NCBI GenBank assembly: GCA_013265495.1
Contig: MU058781.1
Span: forward strand, 9,157,009 to 9,221,008
Source: Vicugna vicugna
Lineage: Eukaryota
Length of the DNA: 64,000 bases
Direction: 5' to 3'
The first letter of the stretch is position 1; each line of letters opens with the position of its first letter. Shown piece by piece: positions 24,901 through 37,870 of this stretch. A model generated the notes under the pieces. That model was not told where the DNA came from, did not search any database, and worked only from the letters and a program-made list of their open reading frames with translations. Position numbers and translations under genes: made by a program.

Positions 24901-27351
24901 AAACGACCTTGTAGTGATAATACCTCACCTTGTTTAAGCCACTTCTATTTGGAATTTGAAAGAAGAGGGCAAAGAAATTCCAGGCTGGCATGATTCCACA
25001 AAGCAAACTATCCGAGAAGATTCTTGTCAAGATGCAGCGACATGGGCATTACATGTGGTAGAGAAACTGCGCTCCGGAAGGGAAGGTGATTCTCCCTAAA
25101 CCACCTCTGAACCCGCTCCCTTGAGGCTCCTAGGCCAGTTCTTTCTCCTCAACACTATTTTATCTGTGAATTTAATTTACTCTCCATTGGGAAAATTGGT
25201 TGTGCCCTGGGAAACTGGGCTGAAGTGGAATGGAATATTCATCTTTCTCCTAAAGTCATGGGTGATCAAACACTGAGCTTTCATCTACCACCCATGGAAG
25301 AGAAACGTAGCTTTCAAAATGTCTGCAAGAAAAGTTTTTTCAAATTGCGCTTGTTTCTGACTGTAAGGAATGAGTCTTGTGTGAGATAACGTGTGATAAA
25401 ACACTCCGAGGTGCAGTCGTAAGGTCTGAATCTTCCCTGTGGAGTCAGAGATCTCCAGGTGGACAGTCACAGCTACAGAGCTGTGTGCTGGACAACGAAA
25501 CAAACAAAAAATAAATATGACAAACGTTTTCTTTGATATTAGATGACAGTTTCTCAATGCACAGAGCTCTTCAAACAATAATACTTCTATTTTTAAAAAA
25601 CCCAACGTGTTATTTCTTTCTACTAAATCTTTCAGCATATTTCTTACTCATTACAAATTTCTAACATCTGAATGTGTATAAAGGCACTAAATCCAGGTTG
25701 GATATAACAAATCCTCGTATCATGGGAGACGTGCTTTTTCAGACTCAGTTCACCATCACTTTAGGGAAGTGGCCTATCTTAGAATCTGAGGTTTTTTAAC
25801 ATTGAAAGAAGCCTCTTAGTTCAATATGTAAATAATCCAGTCCCTTCCTTTGTAAATGAGAAAAATTGAGGTCCTAAGAAATCTTTTTGGGCTCAAAGTC
25901 ACAAAGCTAGTTGAAGTTTTAACAAATACCTTTTCAATTCCTTTTATATCTTTGCAGAACAGATTAAAAAGAAATAATTTTTTCTTCTCCTTCTGTTTCC
26001 CCATCCACTCAGCATTCCAGGTGAGGTTTCATGTTTGGAATCATAAACCTGGGACAACAAAGTACTACAATATACAATTTATCAAAGATTTTTTTTTTAA
26101 ACTCTGAAGGCACAAAATGTATCATCACCATTCATTCTTTCTCACTTTTGCTGTCAGCTTTTCATGCATGGACTGAACTGGCTGTGCTTTGCACTGAGGT
26201 GTGCGTATGAAGCTGTCAGGTGTTAACAGCTAATTAGGAGCATTTCATAGCGGAAGCAGACCTCGCTAATACAACCAAGTTTCTGTGTCACAGTGGCGGT
26301 GGCGCTGGTGCTGGCGCCGGTTGTGCTGCTCTTTGGTGTCAACAAAGAAAGCCCAGCATAGTGGCAGCATTAGCCCAAGGCTGGGAGAAGCCTTCTGAGA
26401 GCAGCCAACGTCCTCATTTGGAGCCTGCCAGGTAACCGTGTTGGCCGTTGGTCTGAGCAAACTGCTAGATGCCCCAAGGCCTCTGGTAACCCAGGGCTGG
26501 CTTCTCTGACAGATATTTACATGCAGCAAACCACAGGCACCCAAAAGGGGGACCAAATACTTGTGAAAAGAGCCGGAGTCTAAGAGAAAGAGACTGAGAT
26601 GGTAGCCACCAGTCTACCTCTAAGTGGGCGATGTTTCCACCCCATCCACTTGCATTGACAAAATAGCGGCTGGCCAGGCTTTCAGCCCTCAGGCAGATGT
26701 TATTAGCAAGAAGTAAAACAATTAATGAAACAGCAGGCTCTGGGGGAAGGAAGAGAGAGAATGACATGTTAACATCACATAACTGGGAGGTGATAAAATC
26801 CACGTCCTCTCTTCATAATTTATCTGATTTACTGTGGGCAGTATCACTAGTCTATAAAATATCAAAGTTCTATTTGATGCATTCCAGAGAATTCAATATT
26901 TTGCCTTCGCTGAAATTTATTAGGATGTAGTACTTTTCACTTTTAATTTCAGACTAGCTTCAACTCAAAAACAAACCCAATGAATGAATTCATCAGTATT
27001 TATTCAGTAACAACTCTGTATGCCGGGTACTGTGTTCAGAGATAAGACGAAAGCTTGGACCTGCACAATTCTTGGAGTACATTTCAGGCATCATGTAATC
27101 CATACAAATGCCCTGTTGAGCACCTGTTCTGGACCAGGCAATGAAGGCTGTTTTGACATTACTGTTTTGAGGTGGCCACTTGGTAATTGCTACCTTCACT
27201 TCCTTTTTTACCTCCTTCCCAGGGAATACAAAAATTTCTGAACTCTTGTCACTGATATTTAGTGCAAACTACTAGAAACTGATTGTCAGATGGGACACAG
27301 AGAATACAGTTGGTTTCACAATTATGCAGTGCTCCTAAAAACCAAACCATA

Positions 27352-29680
27352 GGGACTTCTAGCTAAATATGGCAGGTAGAAACTAAAAACAAAACAAAAC
27401 ATGACTATCCCTCCAGACCTGCTGAAAGTTCCACTAAGATGACAGCAAGAGAATGTAAAACACATGTCAGGAAGGATGCTAGGAATTGTGGATGGAGGCT
27501 TAACAGTCCCCCACAGTACCACATGAGTCCCTGGTTATGACTCAGGAAGCAGGGCATTCAATGCAGAAGTACCTCGGAAGCACATCATGGGTCAGAACGT
27601 CGCAGATGATTATAGAAGAGATGGAGATCACCAGGGTCTTTAAAAGTGATCTTCTAGAAGAGGATGGGGATGCTCCCAATACATAAAGAAAAACAACTCC
27701 AGTCATGACGGAGGAGATGGACGCTATACTACTGTACGAGACAACCCAGTCTGTCAGAAGAAGCCTAAGAAAGAGGCTGCAAAGAAGAGGTGCAAGTCTT
27801 CCAGGGTCTCTGGCTCAGAAGAAAGGTCAGGTAGCTCAGAAGAAGGCAAGTCAGGAGTGGACCACTGAGAGACAAACCAAACCACCATCTTCTATGAAGG
27901 TTTTTCCAATAAAGACAATAAACTTACTAACCAAGCAGCTAAAACATCACCACCACCACCAATAACAAAAACCTTTGTCACAGTAAAACAAATGAAAACA
28001 GTGTTTAAAATAAGAGGAAAATAAGATTTAAAAAGTTAGAGTATTCATAAAGGATATCCAACAGGAGCCCTAGAATAAAGCAGAAAAGTTACTAGATTGA
28101 GTCAGCGTGCCCACAACATGAACGAAAAAAGACCCCTGTCGAGACACATCGTTGTCTTTTCTTTCCCCCAAGAAGTTCAGTAGTAGAGATGACTGAAAAA
28201 TTCTAGAGAAGAAAGCCTGATGATGGACAAGGGAACAGGCATCAGAGTGGTCTCAGCGGTCTTAAAAATAGCTTTGGAAGGTAGAAAAGCAATGCCTTCA
28301 CGATTCCGAAGAAAATAATTCCCACCCTCACTGTTAAACAAGTCTGCAGGTGGGCCAGTGTTTCGGACATTCCGAGTCTCAAAAAGCTGTCGCCCATGCA
28401 CCACTTTTCAGGAATCCACCAGAGAATTTCCTCCAAGATAAGGAGAAAACTTGGAAGATGCTAGTGGACAAGAAATGGCATTCTACAGAAGAAAGTAGCC
28501 AAGGGGACCTCAGAGTGGTTACTCTGCGACAGGCCCACAGAAGACCCAGTCCAGGTGGGAACAGAAGGTTAGAGAGGTCCAGAGGGATGACTCCAAGTGG
28601 GTGGGGGAAGAAACTGACCGTTCATCTGCTGTACCTGTTCTCAGGAAATGTATGCTTACTGCAGAGTTGGGAGCCGGATTACCAAGTACATAGATAAACT
28701 TAAGCAAACAGCTCAAAACAGTTATTTACTCTGAGGATCAGAGCACCAATCCCTATATAAGAAAGAAAATATAATTCTAGTTCACTATGAGATCTAGTTA
28801 TAAATAAATGCCCGTCATTATAATAGAGTCAATACTAAATACTCAACTCTGATTGGTGATGTGCTATGTCTGTATGAGGGGAATTGTGGTGTAGTGGACG
28901 TGCAGGTGCATGTAGGAGCTCCTGGTGTCTGGTAGGCAGATTGCAAAAATGGCCACAGTTCTCTTCTCCGTGCATCCTTCACCATGTGACTTTACCGCAT
29001 GTCCCACCAAGAGGTGCAGGCTGTTCGTCCTCTACTCAAATCCAGCTGGCCTTGTGAGCAAATGCAATGGGAGTGCCAGAGAGCCTGGGCCTCAGCAAGT
29101 TTCATGTGCTCCCACGGGGACCTTTGGAACCCTGCCCATCCTCTGTGTGAACAAGCCCAGCCTCACCTGCCATACGGAGTGTGGAAGAGCCACCCCCAGC
29201 TGAGGCCACTGGGGCCAACCAGCTCCCATCCACCTTAGCAACTGACCACAGCTGACCTTGAGCTCAGCCAAGACCAGGATTGTCCAGTCCAGTCCAGTTC
29301 AGATTGCTGGTCCACAGAATCGTGAACACATAAATGGGTGGTTTAAGCCAATACATTTCAGGATGATTTGTTACAAGCAAAAATTAATTGATACTGTGCA
29401 TACATGTACATGTGTGTCTACAGGAGGATGTTAATGCAATCAAGCTAGGTTTTTGCGTTCTATAATGGGAAATCAATACAGCTACCTAAATCTGAGAACG
29501 CAAGCAGCACAACAGATGAGGTTATTTAGAAACAAGGGGACAAAACAGTGAAGGGATTTGAAAGTGTAAATCAGGGGTCAGGAGGGATAGAGTTTTTCAT
29601 TACAGGCTTTGTAGAATTGTTTGATTTTTTAAAAAAAATTATGTACACATTTAATTTTGAAAAAAATGTAAATTAAGTGG
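27352..29680 (+). mobile_element. HAL1 (half-L1) element, near full length, interrupted by an MLT1 LTR
   Basis: 5' start GGGACTTCTAGCTAAATATGGC; decayed ORF1-like segment about 28060-28400 (GAAAAAAGACCCCTGTCGAGACACATC, AAGGGAACAGGCATCAGAGTGG); HAL1-like 3' end at 29450-29680; homologous to the copy at 41150-43455. Confidence 0.7.
28927..29393 (+). mobile_element. MaLR solo LTR (MLT1G/H-like) nested in HAL1
   Basis: TGGTAGGCAGATTGCAAAAATGGCCACA...CCACAGAATCGTGA...GTTTAAGCCA...GATTTGTTAC...AATTGATAC. Confidence 0.8.
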
Positions 29681-30364
29681 AAACAAAAAAAGAAAAATAA
29701 CTAAGCCTCCAAATTATTGATAGTCAGCTGGTGAAGAGCGTCTGTCACCGCCAGCAGTTGTCATGTGTTCCGCACATGCCCTGGCAGCTGGAGGAATTTC
29801 CTAAGACGCTAAGCCGCAGCCAGCCCGGCTTTGCCTTTGGATGAGTATTCAGTCCTCGTGCTTGCATACTTGTGGCTAGTGCACAGTGGGAGCACCGGGG
29901 GAGAAGCACATGGAAAAGTTGGATGCAGGGCCTCAGACACTGCAGGTGTTCTTCGAGTTGGTAGTCCCCATTCTAGCAGAGTCAAATAAGGACCACAAAC
30001 ATCAAAAAATAATGGAAAACTGACTGCAGCCAAAATGAGGGCATGGCAGAATTGGTCATTAAAAATCATTCTGTGGTAATACTGTTGAGTTGACATGGAG
30101 CAGATCACCGTATTTAACAGAGAAGTGGCACTATGAAAACAGAACACACACAACGGCAGGAGAAATGGTTCTCGTCAGACAGGCACTCTCTTTCTTTGCT
30201 CATACCATCCTCTCTGGGCTTTAAATGTATTTTTCTCTTGGTAATTATTATTTTCAAGTGTATTTATTAAATTTTCTCTCCCCTGTTAGGCTGGGACGAG
30301 ATCAGCAATATTTTGAAAAATCATAGGAGGTAAAAATAAGATCCTAGGTATTAAGTGATGTGGT

Positions 30365-30640
30365 TATTAGTCGGGATAGACCACCAAGATAGAGGCTGTA
30401 GTCGTGAAAAAGCCCAGATCTCTGTGACTTAACATCACAGGCACAGTTAGGTCTTCAGAAGGATGCTGGTTACCTAGTTCACTCGAAGATCCAGGCCAAT
30501 ACCTGGTACCATGATCGCTTCCTCTCAGAGCTGACCACATGTGACACTCATCACTTCTGCTCCTACGTTTAAGCCATTTCACATGGCTGTGCCTAAATTC
30601 AGAAGGGTGGGAAAATATAATTCTAGCACTTATCCAGGAG
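30365..30640 (-). mobile_element. MaLR LTR fragment (old MLT1)
   Basis: TATTAGTCGGGATAG...CAGATCTCTGTGACTTAACA...CATCACTTCTGCTC...CACATGGC...GGGAAAATATAATTCTA. Confidence 0.65.
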
Positions 30641-32118
30641 AAAACTGGAGTATTTGTGACATATTCCAACTCAGTGTGCTTTTCTCCCTGCTGTTCAACC
30701 TAGTCAGACGTCACCTAGAATATAAATTCGTTATGTGTATTTTTATCGTTGACTGTCTTACTCCAGAAAATTATGATGCATTAGAGGCAGATGATGAATC
30801 TGGCTAAGGGGGAGCGCCTGGGAGCTTACATGAGGGATGAAAGTTAAGTAAAGTAACGTGGTTTCCCTTTCTTCTTCCTGCGGCTTAATGATACAGCACC
30901 GTATTTGCAGACCAGTCCTGGTCTTCCTCAAGTGGTTTCTATAACAAGATAATTTTCTTTCACCAGATCACTAACCAATGTGTTTTTGCTTTCAAGTAGA
31001 GCCTGATTTTTGCTTAAATTTTGAAGACTGTGAATATAGGGGCATGCCACTTTCTGCCTGTTTAAGAAATAATCTGAGGCAGCCTGGAAAAGAAAATGCT
31101 GATGTGTGGGTGAGGAAACTTTATTTAAGTAAGATCTCAAAGCAATGTTTGCGTTTTGAGAAGGAGAGGTTAAGGAGAGCAGGGCCTGTGGATCTGGAGG
31201 GTCAGAGAAGTCCAGCTTTCAGAGGAGACACATGGAGTGCAGGAGAGGAGCTGGGTTTCCATCTCTGGGGTCGAAGGGAGGAGACTGATTTTCCTGCTGA
31301 TTTGTGAAGAGCTTCAGTGATAAGCACTGGGCTTCTCTCTTGCATCAGGATGGAAATAGAGAAGTAGGGGTTCCAAATATTTAGCCAAAGTCCCCAAACC
31401 CTTTGATCCTAAAACTTCAGATATGCCGTGCATCCCATCCAAGTTCGGTTACACTTCCTTGCTGAAGTCCAAACAATCAGAAAGCTGGAATAATTAGACC
31501 TCTCTATTGCCTGGGACTAAGGGGAAAAAAAAAAAAACAAAACAGATGGCAAGTAAATCAGTTGAAATCAGGCACACCTTCAAAAGAAAAGCAATTTCCA
31601 GAATGTTTCAGAGTTAAGATTGATTTCAGCCAATTTCTTGACTTTTCTGAAACACGTGGCACGTTCAGGCCGAAGTAAATTTTGCTGAGATGAACCATTT
31701 ACCATACTTTGCTCATCTTGCCCTCTAAAATCCTTACTCTGGAAGGTCCCAACTGGTCTGAATCATAAGCGGTAAGTTGTTTGACATGGGACCTAAGGAG
31801 ATCTGTTGCGAATATTGGTTGTGGATATTCATGCCCGTTAAGTATGTGCTTTAAACTTCAAGCCATGTATTTAGGGCTTTTCCTCATGAGCATGGTGGTG
31901 ACATGTGACAACCAGGGTCTGAAGGAGTGGGCTGCTCCCTTGCCCCAGTGCCACAGCAATGGGGCGCTTCTGGCCTCGGGCCTTTTATATTGCAAATGGA
32001 AATCTATTAGTTATGGATTACTATGTCACATAAAGTCCATTATACAGACACAGATTGTACATTTGTCACTGGTTCACTTTAAGCTTTCCTTATACTTTAT
32101 GAATTGATTTCTCTAGAT

Positions 32119-32347
32119 CAGAGTTTCTCAACCTTGGCACTATTGACATTTTGGGTGGGTAATTCTCTGTCATTGGGGGGGAAGACTGTCCGGTGCATTG
32201 TTAAATATTTAGCAGCTTCCCAGGGGGCCTCTACCAACTAGATGTCAGTGGCATCTACTCTCTCCAGTTGTGACAAATAAAAGATGTCTCCAGACATTGC
32301 CAGATGTCCCTTGGGGGCCAAAATTGCCCCCAGTTGAGAAGCACCAG
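32119..32347 (+). mobile_element. MER20 (hAT-Charlie DNA transposon)
   Basis: CAGAGTTTCTCAACCTTGGCACTATTGACATTTTGG...GTCTCCAGACATTGCCAGATGTCCC...CCCAGTTGAGAA; preceded by the hAT-type target CTCTAGAT. Confidence 0.9.
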
Positions 32348-32376
32348 GCTGGGACTTACCCCCCTCCCCCACCCCC

Positions 32377-32719
32377 CACAACTGTCCTACAGAAATATAA
32401 TGCAGGATGTGAGGGTGAGCCTCAGACATAACTTGAAGTTCTCTAATAGCTACATTAGAGAAAATGTAAAAGAAACTAGCAAAATAAATTGTAATTTTTT
32501 TAAATTTAACCTGATATGTCCAAAATACTATCATTTTAAGATGTAACAGTATTAAGAAATTATTCATGAGGTGTTTTCCATAGTTGTTTTTTTTTTCTTA
32601 CTAAATCTTCAAAATCTGGTGTACATTTTACACCTACAGCACATCTCCATTTGGATGAGCCTCCTTTTGAGGGCTCAGTGGCTACATGTGGCTGGTGGCT
32701 GTCTTGCTGGACAGCACAG
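32377..32719 (+). mobile_element. MER33 (hAT-Charlie)
   Basis: CTGTCCTACAGAAATATAATGC...CAGCACATCTC...TGGCTACATGTGGCTGGTGGCT...GGACAGCAC. Confidence 0.85.
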
Positions 32720-32731
32720 GTCCAGTTGGCT

Positions 32732-33080
32732 GTTAAGGACTTCGTGTTTGTCCCTGCAAAATTTAGGTGTTGAAACCTGACTCTGATGGATGGTGTGAGA
32801 AGGACGAGTTCGGGAGGGAACTGTGTTTAGCTGAGGCCATGAGGGTAGAGCCTTCCAGGCTAGGATTAGTGTCCTTTTAAGAAGAGACTAGCGCTTTCTT
32901 GCGGGGCACTTGAGGACACAGCAGGAAGCCTGCTCTTTGCAAGCCGGGAAGAGGGCCCCACCAGACACTAGTTTTGCCAGCGCTTTAATCTTGGACTTCA
33001 GCCTCCAGAGCTGTGAGAAGTAAACGTGGGTTGAGCCACCCAGCGTGTGGTGTTCTGTGCTAGCAGCCTGAGCAGAGTCA
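32732..33080 (+). mobile_element. MaLR solo LTR (MLT1A-like)
   Basis: GGATTAGTGTCCTTTTAAGAAGAGA...ATCTTGGACTTCAGCCTCCAGAGCTGTGAGAA...TAGCAGCCTGAGCAGA. Confidence 0.85.
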
Positions 33081-33459
33081 GTGGCTAAGCCTAAGTCAGT
33101 GGCTTTGCTTTTTTCCCCACTTCCTCCTACAAAACGCTGCCCATTTGGCTGGTTGATGGTTTGAATGCCATGGTCCTCTGACTCCGTAGCTAGAATGTAG
33201 GTTCTAGAAAGGCAGTGACCATAACTTTTCAGGCTCACTGCTGGAAATCCATTGCCTAGTACAGTGCCTGCCACAAAAGCAGTGCCCACTGTTGAATGAG
33301 TATGATGACACACACGTACCTGGGCGAGATGCCTTCTCTCTGTCACCTGTGGCCCCCTGCTTGCTGTGCTGGTGGAAAGGGCTGATGGAACACAGACGCT
33401 TCTGCTTAGTCACTTTATGCCAATTTTGTGTGGGTACGTTTTCACCTAAAGAATTGCCC

Positions 33460-33610
33460 AGTGAGGGATCAGCCGAATGGAGATGGATGGAAACTGAATT
33501 GGGGTCAGTGGGCACACTGTAGTGTACAGGAAAGTAGAAGTATAATGTGCACATGAAACTTACATCATGTTATAAATCAGTGTTACCTCAATAAGAAATA
33601 AATTTTAAAA
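33460..33610 (+). mobile_element. L1 3' end fragment
   Basis: GATGGATGGAAACTG...CACACTGTAGTGTACAG...CATGAAACTTACATCATGTTATAAATCAGTGTTACCTCAATAA followed by an A-rich tail. Confidence 0.7.
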
Positions 33611-34299
33611 TTATGTTCAGAATACATTATATGAAATGGTATAAACATCCTTATTACTAATTATCACAATGTTGGATTAATTAAAATTCTCTACCAAGCA
33701 TTCTGGGGGATAGCAAATTTGTCATTTTGTTGTTTGGTTTTATTGTATTACATTTTTGGATGAATCCTACTCTAACACTGGTCAGTAGAACAGTGTACAA
33801 CAAAGAGGGTATAAGAAACCTCAGTGATAGTTGTTCTTCCCGTAAAGAGCCTTTTTTTTTTTTCATTTAAGACTACCATTTAGAGAACTGAAACAGGTCA
33901 CAGAGTAACACTTGAATTTGAGCTAGTGGCACTGGGTCTGTTTCTTCCTTGGTAAGAGTGATCTCCTCTTCTCTGTACGTTATTTTCCTTTGTGTTGCTC
34001 CATCCGTGAATCTTCGTGCCCGAGAGCCATCTCCAGAAATGCTGCTGAAGTGATGAGTAAGACACCCCCAAACAAATGGCTTCCCTTTCATCCTTCTGTT
34101 CTAAAACAGAGTGTTCTTAAAATTTTCTAACACCATCTCCTTTCCAAATCTTCAAGATCTTCAAGGTCCTTAAAAAAATAGACAAAGAGGATTATGAGAA
34201 TCAGGCCATTTCCAAACAGGAAATAAAAAGCAATATGGAAGTGTGTCAGGCAGTTAAGTAGTAACATAATGTTATTCTTCTCGAAAAAAATTGTCATAA

Positions 34300-34412
34300 A
34301 GAACTCCACCTCTAGAGATGATATTTCGTTAGCTCCATGGGAGGTCCTGATCTTTGCATGTTTTTAAACTTCGTGGATGATTTTGATGATCAACCATGTT
34401 TAGGAACCAGTG
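34300..34412. mobile_element. MER5-like DNA transposon fragment
   Basis: CCACCTCTAGAGATG...TGCATGTTTTTAAAC...GATGATTTTGATG...GTTTAGGAACCAGTG. Confidence 0.55.
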
Positions 34413-37400
34413 GATTAATTTCCTGTGTGAACTAAAAGAGGGTTATGCGGTAGGGAGCTGTATCCTAAGATCCTTTGTTTTTCTCTTGTGAGCCCTTCTC
34501 TGGGCTAAATAACGTCTTGTCCAGAAGTGAGTGTAACATTCTGGATATAAATGAGGGTTAATGAGAAGTACTTTGAGCTAAAAGTGGAAGGCAGCTAGGT
34601 TTGATTTTGTTACTGACAGTCTGTCTTTAAATAGGTCATTTATTCTTGCAATCAGTTTTCCTACCTGCCAGATGGATTTTGTAAGCAATGACCCTTACTT
34701 TATGTTTTTTGAAAATGTGATTTGAAATGTATTTTCAAATACATTTGAAAGGCTGCAGAAGGTGATTTAAATTGTTATGATTATTCACAGGTATGTAAAA
34801 CAAAAGATCAGACTTGCTTCTCAGTATTTCCTCCCAAACATTTTCTTGCTGCCTTATTCATTGGTAGAAGATTCTTTTTATTGTTCTCGTAAGAATTCAC
34901 CTTAAGAGTCAGTCTGATGGAGATACAAAGACGTAGGACCACAGATAAAAGAGAGGAAGGCACAAATACGGTTTCTCTGATCACAGGTGAAATCCCAAAT
35001 TAACACAAAATTAGTTCCAGAAAATTATTTCTCGTTGTTTGATAGTAATATTTTAAATATATGTCTTTTTTTCTTATTTAGGTAATATTTCATATTTAAT
35101 GCATTAAAATTTAAAGCATCTAAAACATTCTTCTATTGATATTTTCTAAATGATAGGGCTAATTTCAATGAGACAAAAGAAAACTGTGGTTAATAACTAA
35201 GTACGAAAACAAGGCTAGTTAGAATTAATCTGCATATGTAAACCTAATTAATGTTTATTTTATTCAAATTGATAAATTTGCATAAAATTTGAAGGGTATT
35301 TCTTTTCTGGCATGTTTTCATTTTGTTAAAGCTCTGATGCTTTATGAATATCGCAATGGCTCCAAACAGTTATTATTCTGAGATAACAGGGTGTTTAAAA
35401 GATAGCTCAAATTTTGTGGTGAATTTATTTTCATGGATAGCCACTATCATAGACTCCATCAAGTAAGTGCATTTAGGATCTGTCTCCAGAGACAAAGGAA
35501 AAACACCTACTTACCTGTCTGTGTAAAATCTTGATGATCTAGAAAAATGGAAGGTAGTGTCACCCAGCACGGGGCTGCTTTGCCAAGAGGGTACTTCTCG
35601 GATTGGTCTTATGGCTCATGAGAGGAGGCACACACGTGGAAACCATCTCAGACCGAAGCCAGCACCATATGCCTCTTGTAGAATACCACCCTCTGAGGCA
35701 GCAGAGAAAAGCTCTTTATCCCCATCTCCACCCCATTTCCTGCAGCTTCTGTGAAGTCACAGAATTCGGGAAAATAGTGACACTTCCTGGCCTAGATTTA
35801 TCACCATCTGGGAAGCAGAATGAGACGCCTGGTGCTGCCACCACTGCTTTCATCTGCCACGTCCTCGGAAATCCCTTACCCGTAGGGTGAGTCTAGCCAG
35901 TGCAAGCCACCCTCATCCTTTGGGAAGAGAAAGAAAGACTGGGAAGTGAGTCCTGCCGGAAACCTCCTCCGGGCTGCTTCTGTTTGCTACCACATCCTGT
36001 GTAAAATGCTGCCTTAGGCTGACTTCCAAGGCCACCAGTAATTTGGCCCTGCCCTGCCAGCTCCTCCCTAGCCAAGCTGGTCCCAGGGATCCGTGAAACA
36101 CGCTCATCTCTGCTTCTGTCTTTATAGAGATTGCTGTTCTTCCCTGTTATCCTTCCAGGGGGGCGGCCCAGGCCTCCGATCTCATAGAAGTCCTCCCTGA
36201 TTCCTCCAGCTCGCACTACAGCTCCTCCCTTCTGACCTTTCATCTGTAACAAGTAATGTAGAACCTAGTTATCTACTGGGATGTATTGTCCTTTGATTAT
36301 TTCATGTGTGAATTTTAGTTCCTCCAATTAAATTGTTAGCTCCTTCGGATAACTTTTGTGATTCATGTCTATTTGCTGAACTCCTCACCTTCCACTTCCT
36401 CTAGTAACTATCAGAGTGCTAAGTCCATAACAGATGTTCAGTAATTCACAGCATCTTAGAGTCGGGACTTTGACATCCAGCTAATAGATAGGCAAATAAA
36501 CTCTGCTGTATTAGAGCAATACCTACTTCCGTAGTCCTTTGTCCCTCCCTCCTTCCCTCCCTTCTGTCCTCCAGTCTTCCCTTTCTTTCTTTTTTTCCTT
36601 CCTCCCTCCCTCCTTCCATTGCTTCCACATTGATGCTGAGTTGAAATCTCTCCACCTTTAACTTGTATTAATTTCTTCATTCAACAGAGACCCTTGGGCA
36701 CCTACTAGGAGGTAGACCTGGCAAGGCTCTGGGGAAAGACAAAATAATGAACACGATGCAGTGTGAACAGAATTGTGCTTAGAAGAAGGTTTAAAATTGC
36801 CGAGAGCACACCCGCCTCCCCGAGGGTCTCAGCTCTGCAGGCCTATCAGGTCAGAGCAGGTCGTCACCAAGGCTTAGCTCACGTTGATTGAGCTGTGAAG
36901 ACCTCCTCAGATTGCTAGCAGGACAGTGGCTGAGGTTGACTTAAACTCATACAGGAAGTATGTAACTTATGTACCAGTGGTGTCCCAACAGCCCACTGCT
37001 AGGAATATTCTTTGAAACTCTAGAACACCTTTTTCTAATTCAGACACAGTTCTGTGTAGTGTGTCCTTGGGCCAGCACTGAAAAGTCTATCATAGCCACT
37101 AGGTACCTGAAGTTCAGCACAGGATATTAATACTATAGAATTTAGCCGTATGTAAATGGATTTTTTTCAGAAAACAATAGAGCTCCAACTTTGCACTTTG
37201 GGACCATGGAGCCCTTCCCCCACCCTCCCATTACCTAGGGAAGGGGACATGCTCTCCTTATCCTCCCCCCTCCCCCCATTTAAAAGACATTGGACTAAGT
37301 AGCCACAAGCCTCTTTCATGGCAGCCTGGGACCAAAGTTTCAAGAAGGAGCCGGGAGAACGTGGCAGAAGAGTAGGAGAGCTCTGTGTACCAGAGCCACA

Positions 37401-37689
37401 TTTTCTTATTAAAAAAATTGGGGATAATGTGACCAGGGATTTTTGCACCGTTTTCTTCCTAGGAGAGGCAATCTAGGAGATACTGCTTTGTCACCAATTT
37501 CTGCAATTTCTAAGACATTTTATCCCCTCCTGGTTTGTTGTAAGGATTAGAAAGAATGAGTGTAAAGTATCTACTTGTGTAGTAACGACAAGTATGAGTA
37601 AACTAAGTTTAGTGTTAGTGAGGGCTTACTGTTACTACTAGATACAGGTTAGACACTAGTAGACATTAGCAGAGATACATGCTATTTTA

Positions 37690-37870
37690 AGCTATTTATC
37701 ATATTATCACTTTGAAGTCTCACTACAGCCCAATGTACTATTCCGGCCGATTTATTAATGAGAAACTGAGATTTAGAAGGTTGTGGAAAGTCACTCAGTG
37801 AGTACATGACATGGCAGAGCCGGGATTCAAGACTGGGCTCTCTAGTGCCAGCGCCCAGCACTCTAGCTGT
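37690..37870 (-). mobile_element. MIR SINE
   Basis: ATGAGAAACTGAGATTTAGAAGGTT...GGCAGAGCCGGGATTCAAG. Confidence 0.7.

Noticed and set aside
27705..27965. 86-aa ORF with a poly-His end
   Set aside because: Lies inside the HAL1 element; the His run comes from a short CAC repeat; no recognisable homology.
34147..34170. 9-bp triplicate encoding DLEDLEDLE
   Set aside because: Short degenerate tandem repeat in a chance ORF.
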